Shown here: positions 25,628 through 37,989 of the stretch, piece by piece
Position numbering within the stretch: position 1 is the first letter of the stretch
Layout of the letters: every line of letters begins with the position of its first letter
Assembly: GCF_018350175.1 (NCBI RefSeq)
Contig: NC_058368.1
Span: 192,016,001 to 192,080,000 of the forward strand
From: Felis catus
Lineage: Eukaryota
Reading direction: 5' to 3'
DNA length: 64,000 bases
Position numbers and translations under genes: made by a program
The notes under the pieces: generated by a model
What the model was told of the DNA's origin: nothing
Seen by the model: the letters and a program-made list of their open reading frames with translations, nothing else
Databases searched by the model: none

Positions 25628-25823
25628 AGGGGTGCCTGTGTGGCTCAGTCAGTTAAGCGTCCGACTCTCGGATTAAGCTCAGGTCATGGTCTCACAGTTT
25701 GTGAGTTCAAGCCCTGCATCGGGCTCTGTGCTGACAGCGCAGGGCCTGCTTGGAATTCTCTCTCTCCCTCTCTCCCTGCCTTTCTCTCTCTCTCTCAAAA
25801 TAAATAAACTTAATTTTTTTTTT
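25628..25823 (+). mobile_element. CAN-SINE
   Basis: TSD aagtaggatttaga. Confidence 0.95.
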
Positions 25824-27318
25824 AAGTAGGATTTAGAAGGAAATCTACTCACTTAGGGACAACATATTCAAGTCAAATACAAAGGGTTTACTGAAGCAGA
25901 CAGAGTGCCTTGAAAATCAGAGGAAGGGCAAACCATGAAAACGTACTTTCTCGTTGGCAGGGCTAAGAGACTTGTCTGCGGTACAGCACCGGGGAGGAAA
26001 CCTGCCCTCAGCCCCCCTGATTCAGCCTCCAGCACACCACTTGCCATGCTGTGTCCTAATGGCCTATTAACACATCCGTCCCTCATACTAGGCCAGGAGC
26101 TGCTCAAGTTCAGGGGCCACATCATCACTCCTTCCCCAGCCCCGCTTTGTGACAAACAGAAAATGCTCAATAAACATTTACTCAATTGCCTGGGGCAGTT
26201 TCCCAGCAACACAGGCAGCCCTCATCAAGATGGCTCTGGGTGCTTTGTACAATGTTGAATGTTGCTACCCTTTACTGTTTAAGGTATCTTTTTTGTATCT
26301 TATAGGGGGTGGGGGGACTAGAACCGATGGAAGGCACTGGCAGCAGTTTGAATCATTGCAGCTGTGTTGCCTGAGGCACGTCGCCTCATCTCCTGGAACG
26401 GTTTTGCTATGCACAAAACAGCAACGTTAGCACCTACCTCACCAGAGTAAGGCGAGGAGTAAATGAGACTGTGTGTGAAGCATGGCAGCCACCAAATGGT
26501 AATGGTTTCTATCGTTATCTTCCACATGGAAAAGGCCAGCCCTTCCGGAGAAGGTCCTCCCTTACTCACCTTGCACCCTCCACAGGCTCCCAGTGGGACC
26601 CCGTGAATCCCGAGTGTTCCACAAATCAAAGGAAATACTCTGGATGTGGTCAGACAGGAGTTGGAATCCAGGCTGTAGCTGCTCCTTTAGCTGAGTGTCG
26701 ACAGACTAGTCGCCTCCGCTCTGAGTCTCAGTTTCTATTTCTGTAAAATGGATACGTTAACTAGTCTCATGTCCTCTGGCAATGATTCAACTTGAGATGA
26801 TACATTTTAAGTACGTAAAGCCTGAGTGCCAAATGTCATTACATGATAACACTTTTATGATCTATAATAAAACAGAGAACCCTTTGCACACTGGAGCTTT
26901 GAGGCATGAACACGGCTCGGGCTGGTTTTACGATTGCCCTTAGAAGGAGAAAGAAGAGGCATAGAGAATCTAGAGATGCATTCTGCTAAAAACTAGTTGT
27001 GTGAAAGGGAGCCTGAAAGCAGCCAAGCTTTGAGGGGTTGTGATCAGCCCCAGGAGAGAAGAATGATTTGTCTAATTACATCATTTTGCCAAACAGCGGT
27101 CCAGAAGGATAGCCTCTAGCAGGCTACACTGGAAGGTTACAACTGCCCAGTAACCCTGGTAACTAACTATATTTCCCATTTTATGTATATAAAAACTGAA
27201 GTTGAATTATGTGACCAGGAAAAGTAACAAGTGGTTAAGGTCAACTTCAGACCCAACTTCCAGACAAACAGTTCAATGCTCTTTCCACTACATCATTGGC
27301 CTTTAAAAAAAAAAAATA

Positions 27319-27530
27319 GGGGGCGCCGGGGTGGCCCATTTGGATAAGCGTCCAACTTCAGCTCAGGTCACGATCTCACGGTCCATGGGTTCGAGCCCGG
27401 CGTCAGGCTCTGTGCTGACACCTCAGAGCCTGGAGCCTGTTTGGGATCCTGTGTCTCCTTCTCTCTCTGCCCCTCCCCTGCTCACGATCTATCTCTCAAA
27501 AATAAATAAATGTAAAAAAAAATTTTTTTA
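27319..27530 (+). mobile_element. CAN-SINE
   Basis: SINE body plus A-rich tail. Confidence 0.95.
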
Positions 27531-28334
27531 ATAGTGATCATAACCCATCCACGTAATAGATGACATTTCCTAAAGTATCATTTCAAAAAGTTAAAAATAA
27601 AACTACCCATACAAATACAGCATGAGCATATGCCCACAATTTAAGTCATTAATGAAGAAAGCAGCTGGATGGTTCAAAGACTGTTTGAGGAAAAGAGGTT
27701 CATATAGACAAATCTATGTCCAAGTAGGTTTGCTATGTTTGTTAGACTGGAGTCCTAAGGGGCAATAAGCCTTTAAGTTCCTCTCCATCAATGGACAGAA
27801 ATTGTTTGAACCTTGATCCACATACTACAGCATCATTTCACAGGATCTGGCCCCTAATAAATAAAGGTACACACCCTAACATTACATAATCCTTTAGTGA
27901 GCTAGTTCAACTGTGCTCCAATAGAACATTGAAGGACAAGCACTCGTCTTTCTGTAAGTGTGAATAACCTTTTAAACATGTCAAATTCACTTATTTTTGG
28001 AAAGGTGTTAACACTTGATGTATATTCACTCATGCGATCCTAACCACCGCCCCATGACATAGTTGCCCTCATTACTGCATTTTTATAGGTTAGAAAAGTG
28101 AGCCACAAGTGGGTCGGGAGTCTTGCCCAAGGTCAAAGAGCTAGTAAGGGGTGTAGCAGGGATTTGAACTTAGGCTGCCAACAGAACCGTCATCCTTAAG
28201 TAATGTGCCATTTTGCCTCACTGAGAAAGAGTAACACGACACTCAGCTGTGACAGCAGGGATGCTATCTCATCATTGTTGAATCCCTAGCACTGAGCTCA
28301 GTGTTCAACAGATGGACAGTTAATAGTGTTTGTT

Positions 28335-29302
28335 GGTTTTGCTTTTTTTTAATTTAAATTCAAGTTAATTAACATACAGTTTAGACTTGGTTTCAGGAGT
28401 GGAACCCAGTCATTTAGATCTTATACGACACCCAGCGCTCCTCCCAACAAGTGCCCTCCTTAATGGCCATCACCAATCTAGCCCATCCTCCCACCCACCT
28501 CCCCTCCAATAACCCTCAGTTTGTTCTCTGTATTTAAGACTCTTTTGTGGTTTGCCTTCCTGTTTTTTTTCCTCCCTTCTACTATGTTCATGTTTTGTTT
28601 CTTAAATTCCACATATGAATGAAATCATGATATTTGTCTTTCTCCGACTTATTTTGCTTAGCATGATATATTCTTGTTCCATCCATGTTGTTGAAAATGG
28701 CAAGATTTCATTCTTTTTTGCTGTCAAATAGTAGTCCATTGTGTATGCATATGTGTGTGGACACACACACACACACACACACCCCGCATCTTTATCCATT
28801 CATCAGTCAATGGACATTTGAGCTCTTTCTATAATTTGGTTATTGTCAATAGTGCTGCTTTAAACATTAGGGTGCATGTGCCCCTTCAAATCAGCATTTT
28901 TGTATCCTTTGGATAAATACCTAGTAGTGCAATTGCTAGGTCATAGGGTAGTTCTATTTTTAATTTTTTGAGGAACCTCCATACTGTTTTCAAAGTGGCT
29001 GCAACAGTTTGCATTCCCACCAAGACTGCAAAACCTTTCCCCTTTCTCCGCATCCTCGCCAACATCTGTTGTTGCCTGAGTTATTCATTTTAGCCTTCTG
29101 ACAGGTGTGAGGTGGTATCTCATTGTGGCTTGATTTGTATTTCCTTGGTGATGAGTGATGTTGAGCATCTTTTCATGTGTCTGTTAGCCATCTGGATGTC
29201 TTCTTTGGAAAAGTGTCTATTCATGTCTTTTGCCCATTTGTTCACTGGATTATTTATTTTTTAGGTGTTGAGTCTGGTCAGTTCTTTATAGATTTTGGAT
29301 AG
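28335..29302 (-). mobile_element. 5'-truncated carnivore L1 (ORF2 end plus 3'UTR)
   Basis: KKNEILPFSTTWME on the minus strand; T-rich tail at the left end. Confidence 0.95.
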
Positions 29303-31119
29303 GTTTTTGAATCCAGAGCTAGACTAAAGAAAGTTAGTACCCAGACCATGAATTCCAATGCCAGTGTGTACCACACATTGACCTTATGAATGCACTAATA
29401 ACTCAAGACTTCTGTAGAGCTACCCAGAAACATATATACTACACAAACATAAAGCTCTGGCCTCACAGAGTTTATAGTTCAATGAGGAAACAGAAGGGAG
29501 TAGGACCGATAGCAAACAGGACATGCATTGGAGTTGGGAGAATACAGGATGCTGTGGAGAACTACTACCTGTGGGCTTCATGTACTCAAGTGACCAGGCT
29601 CACTGGAGAATGACATTTGTCCATCTGTCACTGTTTGGCCTGGGGGAGCCATTTCAGGCCAAAGTCAAAGATTAGCCTAGTAGGAACCTTGTAAACGTAT
29701 TCATAAAGGTATTGCAGGGATTGGGACAATTTGGGAAGACCACAATGGTGGTTTCAGTGTACAGAGAATGTACCTCCTTGTCAAGATACCCAGGAGGACT
29801 GTGTGATGGTTGATGTTCAAATATAATTTGATAAATGTATCCATTTGAAGGGAATAATTTATGGCTTTGTTTTATAAAGATTAGATGTGACCAGTAAAAT
29901 AAACTATTAGGTAAAAAGACCTACTTGAAAACTATACCTCGAAGTTGAAGGAGGTGAAAGTTGGCACCCATATGGTCAACTGCCTAAGTGAAGTACACCA
30001 CTGCTGCTCTAACTAATGCCAGACTACAGACAAACTATCTTCAAGTAAGGAAAAAATGGCATTTCTCCAAGACAAAGAACCGAAGAGCCATGCTTTTACA
30101 AGTTCTGACTCATATCTCCTCCTGAGAAGAAAGTCTCTTACCAGCCATAAAGAAGAGACTAGGATCCGTGGAAGTCACTGAGGACAAGTGAGCCTAGCAG
30201 AGGAGAAGCCAAAGACATATTTCATTTAATTAAACCTGCTCTTGTAGAAGTCCTTTTGGGCTTTAGTTAATGTAGCATGGGCCAGGCTCCCTACCGTCAG
30301 CTGACCCAAGTACAGATGTACCTTCCACTGTTATCAAGGATTCACAGTATAGAAGTCCGTGCACACCATAAAGGCCAGAGGATTCCAGATATGCTCTTAT
30401 CCACCTGGTCATTCTAAAGGTCTACCACAGTGCATGGAGCACAGAAGGGACACCACATAGGCTTATCTTCTCTGGGCTTGTGCCCTCTTGGGCGCTCTTG
30501 ACCTGGCAGTTCCCATTAGAGCAGATGGGCAAAAAGGAGCTACGTGCCACACCTCTCAGCTTAAAGAGCTTTGGTTACCTCGCCCTGACAGAAAGTCAAT
30601 GAGAAGCCATGTGATTTGTGGAGCCTGGCTTTAGCAAGCAGAGATGGATGGCCCAAGGCCAGGCTGGCCTCTGGGGGAAGGTGGCACTAGGCCAGTGAGT
30701 TCTTCTGGGAGGGTGACGTGGATGAAGCTTGGCAATTTTTAATGCAGCTCTGAGCCCTTTCTGAAGGGAATTTACTTCCAAGCTTTGATCTTGGGTCTTT
30801 GTAGCTGAGATCTGCATCTTTCAACAGTGAGAACTCCAAGTTGGCTTCTGAGAGGGCTAGGATAGGATTGAAGCGTTTTTTGTTTTTGTTAAGTTCTTGA
30901 AGTTTAAGCTAGATACACCTAATTTTCAATGCATGCTCATGCGACCCTGATTGAAGTAGCTAAGGTGGGTTAGAACTGGGGGTTAGACTGGGGGTTCTGA
31001 CAAGGTGTATTTATTTACCACTTCAAAAGGGTGTATTTACTGTCTGTATGGTGATGAGAGAGGGTTTAGGTTTCCAGGTTCTAGAATCTTAAGTTAAATG
31101 CCAAAACACCATTCTAGGC

Positions 31120-31303
31120 CAGAGGTTGACACCTGGTTTTGTAATAAAGTTTTATTGGAACATAGCCATGCTCCTTCCCTGCAGGGCTATCTATGGCTGT
31201 TTTTACACCGCAATAGCAGAACTGAGTACTGTGACAGCGTAATCCACAAAATTTCAAATCATCACTACTTGGCCCTTCATGGAAAAATGTTGCTGACCTC
31301 CTG
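31120..31303 (-). mobile_element. MER58-type hAT MITE inserted in relic A
   Basis: tttgtaataaagttttattggaacatagccatgctc...ggcccttcatggaaaaatgttgctgacctcctg; flanks ttctaggc / tctgggc. Confidence 0.8.
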
Positions 31304-33841
31304 TCTGGGCTTTCCACACATCATGCATTCTTTCCAGGTCAACAACAAAGGAAATGTCCTTGGCACGCTATCTTATGCCTGAACACACCCTCTCTTCCCA
31401 TGATAAAGTGACTTCAGCAGTCCATCCATGATAATTTTTTTTTAACTATTTAACCAATGCATTTTGATTTTCCCCGTCTTTCACATTCTGAGTTTTTTGC
31501 CCCCAAGCAGGAGAAATATGTGCCAGTCTTACAGCAAGAAAATAAACAAGCTTGGAGACCAAGTTGTTTAGAGGGGATTTAGTGTTCATTGAACATGACC
31601 AGAGACAGGCGACTGCTTCTTCCAACTGAGAGATCCATACCTGACACCTGATGGTCCATTATACGCAGAAGAAAGCAACCACACTTTTTCTGCACTGGAG
31701 GGACTTTGGAGCCCTAGCTAAAAGGAAACTATACCCAAGGCCCCTTGGTCAGTTACTTTTTGGACCGTAACTTCTGATTAATGCTGGCTCCCTATGCTGC
31801 CACTGCATCAGTTTCCATAATCCCAGGCTAAATGTTCATCTTCTGGTCTCTGCTCAGTTACTCCCCATGGCCAGAAGTCACAGGTGAATGCAATACACAA
31901 AGGGTAACGAAAGAAGTGGTGTTTAAAAAAAAAAATCATCAAATTCACACACACACACACACACACACAGGAAAAACGTACTTACCACCCAGTAAACTTG
32001 TGATTAGTTCATTTGTTATTTGTTCATTTATTAATTCAAAACATATTCAATGAGCACCTAAAACACATCTAGCATTGATCTAAATTCTAGGGATACAGAA
32101 GTTAACACAACAGAAAATGGATCTGTCTCCTGGGGCTTATATTCTAATATGAGGACCAATAAACAAGTGAATGAGTAAGCATTACAAATCGTCATCACTG
32201 CTGTGATGGAAACCACCTGCAAGAAATTACAGAGGGAACCTGCTAGGACTTCTCACTGCCTAGAACAGTACCTGGTACATAGACTAGGGACCGTGTTTTT
32301 TAATGATTGAATATAGAACCAATTGTTTCAAACGTTGTATATTTTCAGTCATTTCTACGTGGGCAGCTCAGGGCAACTTTGATTTGTAGAACAGCTGTAA
32401 CAGGTAAGAGAGGAAAGGCCTAGACAGCACTCCTTCCCTTCAACAAGATTGTAACGGGAAAAACATTCTCCAAGACAATTTTAAGGACAAAGCATGTACT
32501 TGCTCTGCAAGCTAATCTGGAAATTGGAACAGAGCTCAGTGGTTAAGAGAACAAGATCAAGTCAGATGTACTGGGTCCAAGACCAGACTGATATGTCCTC
32601 CTTATAGAACTTCAAATCCTTAACTTATCCAAGGCTCAGTGCCTCCTTAAGCTGGGTATAAAAATACTCCTCTTAGTGTTATCAAGAGGATTCAATGAAT
32701 TATCATCACGAAAACCACTTAGCACTGAGCCTTACATATCATGTGCATTCAATAAATGCTATGCTCCCTCAACCTCTGTGTGCCAGTTACTTTATCTGTG
32801 TAAGGAAGATAACAAACATTACCTACCTCGTGGGGGTGCTGAGATTAAATGAACATAAAGCACCCATAATAGTAAGTGATCACTGAGTAGTTTGCTACTA
32901 TTACTGATTCTCTTACTGGAACAGTGAAAATCAACCCATTTATTTTTAAATACAGAAATAAGAAATTTGAGCCCTGGATGCCTAATCAAATTCTGCAGAG
33001 GAGTCTGATTAGCTAAGTTAGACCCACCTAGACCACTGATGTTCTTGGAAGAATATATTCTTCCCTTGTGATGGGGGTGGTGGGTAGGAAGGAGTCAGCA
33101 TTACTCTAAGTACCTCAAAGTTTGTGTACCTAGCGTGCCCTTTCACCTCCTCTGGGGTTCTTTTTCAACTTAACTTTCATTTCCAGTTGATCTCCTTCCT
33201 GGTTTTACTATACTGTCTCCTAGGTTCCTACTATTGCAGGAGGACCGAGATTGGAGTCATAATTCTGTTTCATCTCTTCACTCTGAAAGTTCATTTCTTA
33301 CTAGACTAGAAGCTCCATGAGGGCAGGGGCCCTACCTGCTTAGATCTTGCTGTATCCCCAATACTGATGAGATGCCTTTGTTGTCTGGGCTGTGTCTGTA
33401 TCACAGATGCAAAATTACAGGGATGAACCAAAGCAGAAAAAATAGGTGGCGAGTGGCGGGGGAGGGGGGGCAGTGTCTTTGCCCAGCATGAGTCCCACCC
33501 CCCCAACATTCTGTTGGGGGTACAGAACATGACCCAGGTAGAACTGAGCCTGGTACAGGGATTGGCATGTAATTTCAGTTGAGCCCATTAATCCTTCCAC
33601 TAGTTTTTCTAGCTAGAGCTGGTAGGAAAGTTCCCCCTACCCTCCAGCTGGAAGCTATGAGAAGAGAGCACTCTCGGGGCACACTGTCCCCTGCATGGAG
33701 AAAAGCCTTATCTGGAACAGAAGACGATGATACACCAAAGACAGTAAAGGAGAAATGAGAACTTAGAGCTCAAGTCGCCATAGCTAATCACCCTCTACAC
33801 CTCTACACCTGCCCCTCTACACCTGCCACTTCCATAATTCA

Positions 33842-34295
33842 TGTCAATGAAAAAAGAGAACTCAAAAGTAGTAAAAACAGATTTTATCCCGGACTCCTTC
33901 AACAGGGGACAGAGACCTCAATCTAGAACTGGGCACATTTCTGAATAAAGCATGGACTCATGGGAATTCCCAGCCAAGGAGCAATGTGGGGATCACTGGA
34001 TGGAAAAATACCAGGAGAAAATATCAAGGGTAGGGGAATCAGGCTAAATCAGCCTAACAAGTTCTTTACTCAGGACAGGCCAGGATGGACAGACATCACT
34101 TGGGGGATGACAGAGGTTGAGGAACCCAAGTAATATTGAAGGTGATCGGGTATTGAGGATAGGGGACTCCTTCTAAATGTACTTTGCAGGGTTTTAACTA
34201 ACACTAGATTTTACAAGGAAGTCCACAGATGGGCGGGCCCAGGAGAAGGTATGAGGAGCTTAACTCAGGTTTGGTCAAGCAGAGAATCTTTGTTA
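33842..34295 (-). mobile_element. MER31-like LTR nested in an older MLT1-like LTR (~33400-34350)
   Basis: Ends tttggtcaagcagagaatctttgtta, close to the reverse complement of the MER31 5' end. Confidence 0.7.
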
Positions 34296-37200
34296 TGTTG
34301 TCCAAAACAGAACAAAACATCTCCTAAGCTAGTTCAAGTTCCCTTTCCTTCCTTCCATCCAAAGGTGTAAAAAGGCTCTAAAAACAGGATCATCAAGCTC
34401 ATTGACAATATATGTGTTGACTGTCACTTGTTGAGGGTTTACTCTGTATCACGGTGCATTAAATATTTTTCCTGCATCATTTTGTTAAATACAACTCTAC
34501 GGGATAAATACCAGCAGCGTCCCTTTTTCACATGGAGGAAATAAGCACAGAGAGATCAAGTAATTCACTCCAGCTCAGAAGGTAGCAACAGAGATTCAAG
34601 CTGTATGTATCTCACATCAGAGCCTTACACAGACACATTCCAATGCCAGCGGGTCTCGGGTATAGTTCCTAGATGACCTGCATTCGGAACATTTCCAGTG
34701 CTTATTTAAAATGCAGACCACCAGACTCCTCTATCAATCTCAGTGTGGGGATTAAACTACATTTCAGTAAGTTGGTGGGGGGCGGAGGGGGAGACCTAAA
34801 AAGACCCAAGAATTTTCTGGGTAATACATCCTCACCATCACACTCACTATTCACCAAAATAAAGCTGTCTGGTGAGGGGCACTATTATTTCACTCCTTCA
34901 CGGAAGGGACCATATGAAAAATAAAGAGAAAGAAAGGCAACAGGATGAATGGACAAGAATCACAAGACCATTTCCCTGGTCTTACCCCCTTCTCCATACC
35001 CAGTCAGAGCCACAGACTTCATAAAAGTAAATGAAGGGTAAACAAATCTAGCAACTTGTCTTGTAAAATATTATAAATGATTCCCCCCCCCCTTGTCTAC
35101 CTCGTGCGTGGCTTAGGACCCCCAGGAGATAAAATAAAGAGGTTACATAAAGATTGCTTAACAAACAATTTCAGACAGAGCCTCTGAAAGCACGTTGAGC
35201 TCCGAGAAGAATCCAGTGAGATAATAACAAGAATTTATGAAGTGCGGTTCAAGTCTGCCTTGGCCACTTTTTCTCTGAATTGCTTTGCGTTCTCTCGTTC
35301 TGGAAAGACATTTTCATTTTATTCTCACATTGGAGTCTCTTTGGGTTTTTTTTCTCCCTAGAAGTCATGCTTTCTTGCCACTGCTTGTGTTTTATTTATT
35401 ATACTTCACCTCCCCCCCCCATTAAGTTGCTCCTCGGAAAGGTTTTATCTGTATGTTGCATTCACCTCTCTCCTGACCTGCCACGAAGAGATGATGGGCA
35501 GCTGTCTTCATTATTTTCAGTTACTCTCCACCTGCCAGCGCTGCATTCCCCACAGAAAGGGGAGAGGGGAATAATGGCTAAGAACGCCGAAGTAAGGTAC
35601 CTGGCTCATGTGGGCAACAACAGGAGATCATGTTGGGTTTACAATTCTATCCCTAAGCTATTCATTTTTGTCATTGCTGTTGTTTAGAAATCCAGAATCC
35701 ATTTTCTGCCGTAGCTGTGGCCCCTAAAGCCAAAACAGTGGAGACGGAACTTTGGACTCGAAACACTCCAAGAATTTCAACAGGGGACATGGTAGCCAAA
35801 GCTCACTAGAGGAATAATTTCAGATTTTTCAGAGTCCCAACATTATACTCTCTCTCCCGATTGTCGCCAAACCTCATTGCTGCCACCCCTACCAATCACC
35901 ATGACAACCCACTCAAGGAAGAGAAAGACTTTTTCTCATATGTAATACGTTCGGGGTCTTGCTCATCATTTATGATTCACATCACCACCAAATAAGTTTC
36001 AGTCAAAATCTGGCTTATACCACCACCAAACCTAAACACAAGTCTTTATAACCCTAAATCACCAAATTTAATATATCTTATAAGGTATGCTACCCCCAAG
36101 CTTCCACAGTGTAGCAGAGACATCGTAAAATACTCAGAAATCAGAGGAAAGCCACTTTGCACATATATGGCCCTTCGAAGCTAGTTTTCCTTGAGAAAAT
36201 ACAAAGTAGAGAATGGTGGAGTAGGAGGATCAGCAATTTGTTCTTCTGTTTCACTCTGATTCTACTTGAATATTACAACTCTGACATCTTGACTTATTAC
36301 CTGCAACTCAGTTTCCCAAGTTGGACTCCTAAAGCAACAAACGGAGCAACAGCCTTCTGTTATTATTTTCACTGGTAATAACAAACGAGAATCACCTCCC
36401 CTCAACCAATGCTATTTGGCCATTTTGCTGACATGAAGTTGATAAGGAAGGGACTTTGCACAGTGACAGATAATAGAAAAACTCTGTCTAGTCCTGCAAG
36501 AAGCAGGTGTCATGTTGCCCGCTAATGACCCAAACTCTTTTAACCCTCCTGGACATGACTGAGGACTACATCCTCAGCGTCCACGACACAAAACCAACAG
36601 CCTACCTCAACAGAAAGTTTGCAGTCCACTCGATACAATCAGAGATGGACACATAGACTTGGACCTTACTTGGACAGAACTTCTTTCTCAGGCTGGGTCT
36701 GGTTCTCTTTTCTATTTGGGGAAACCAGAATATCTTTCCTAATGGATCTGTCTCCCTTGCCTAACAAGTTATCAGGGCAATGTTGTTTTGAATTGTCTTA
36801 GTGGCACTTGTGTCTGTTCTGTGATGGGTCCTACCTACACCTCTCAGTCTATCATACTGGTCAATAGATCAATATAACTTCTCACTGGTTGGAACATCCA
36901 TCTATCCATCATCTACCTAGTTATTCTTCTATCCAAGCAATAAATAGTGCCGTATTTCCCACTCTTGTTAACATCACAGCACACTTGGATGATTTTATTT
37001 CATACTAGAGTAAACAGATGAAGCTACTATAGGTGGGAGGAGACTGGTGCTAGGACTCTGGCAGTCCTTATCTCTGCCCGGACTGCCCCAAGGACTGAGA
37101 AATCAATAATCAATAATAGCACACCTGGAACTCATCAGGATACATTTATGCCACGGCATGTGGTTGAGCATGGGGCGGGAGCAGGGAGTCTGAGCTACTG

Positions 37201-37989
37201 TATTTGAACCAACACTAGGCTAAACCATAAGGACAAGGAACCAACCATGACCCTCACCCTCGTGGAGTTTACAGAACAAACCATGAACAATTTATTTCAA
37301 GAGTAGCAAGTGCTACAAAAGGAAATTATGGGAGCGGCTCAAACACATTACAGGAAAACCACCTAAACTGAGAAGCCAATCGGAGAACTCTGGACCTGAT
37401 CTAAAACAACTGGACAAGGATTTAGCACTGCAGGAAGGTGAGAAATACAGAAAGAGAACACTCGGCAAAGGATTAGCTCTACTAATCTGCTCTCTCTTTT
37501 TGAAACAGTTCTATCTGACTGCTTATGCTCTCTGAGATCATTAACCACTGGACTATTGTCGCCTGTAGAAGACACTTTTGAGATATAAGAATTTTCCAAG
37601 TCGTTTACATTTTCCTTCCCATTTACATATCGTTCGCCCATTGTCTATTATCAGAAAAAAAAAAATCACTTTCTTTTGAAATCCAGAACACTGACAAGTG
37701 GACTGACATTTACCTTGTACTCCACACACGCAGCCCACAGCGCTGAGCATGTTGACACGAACTGTATCTTTGGAGTCCTCACAAGAATTTCATAAAGTAG
37801 CTACTGTGTGCTTCCCCCATTTGCAGCAAGGGAAACAGACTGAAACAAAAGGGAACTTACGCAAGGCTGGAAATGGTGGAGCTCCAGGGGAAAGCAAGCA
37901 GCGTGAAGCCAGAGCCCCTGCTCAGACCACCAGGCAATGTCTCTCAGTCTCTCTCCATCTCAGAGACCAATCAATCAATCAATAAATAA

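Larger units (their letters stand above)
22720..26300 (-). other. Mononegavirus L relic 'B', paramyxovirus-like, region I to IV (possible start ~26990), interrupted by an old L1 and SINEs
   Basis: TFNIVQS.EP~TYQIVAMLEP; RPLGH~RSFGH; FHGLPF~FIGFKF; VDFLLNPTF~VDVFLNDSSF; IYV; IE..C..WT~IEGYCQKLWT; STPLALWVLNG~STSIAKAIENG; LPQPIG~LPAPIG; PL*SELF~PLLSGLF; SVTTV*~SLTGVR. Confidence 0.6.
27600..36450 (-). other. Mononegavirus L relic 'A', mixed pneumo/paramyxo features, region I to methyltransferase, interrupted by many repeats
   Basis: VEGR*~VEGRW; ITYE..LSGLSW; LKLFL**ALA~LTMYLKDKALA; LSVG; RYNLVEG; GH..LSRD and KK*LTKGPWV (31732-31761)~RSV ISRD, KKVLRVGPWI; LLKSLYH~MLKGLFH; LGVLTVERCRSQL~FGSATDERSEAQL; LRAALKIA~AKAAIRIA; STN..SH*LSVRAR~HRLTVSSR; SNGN; ISLCG; DPSLFF; TSSLK and LGARS~TSCLK, LGEGS. 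Confidence 0.7.
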
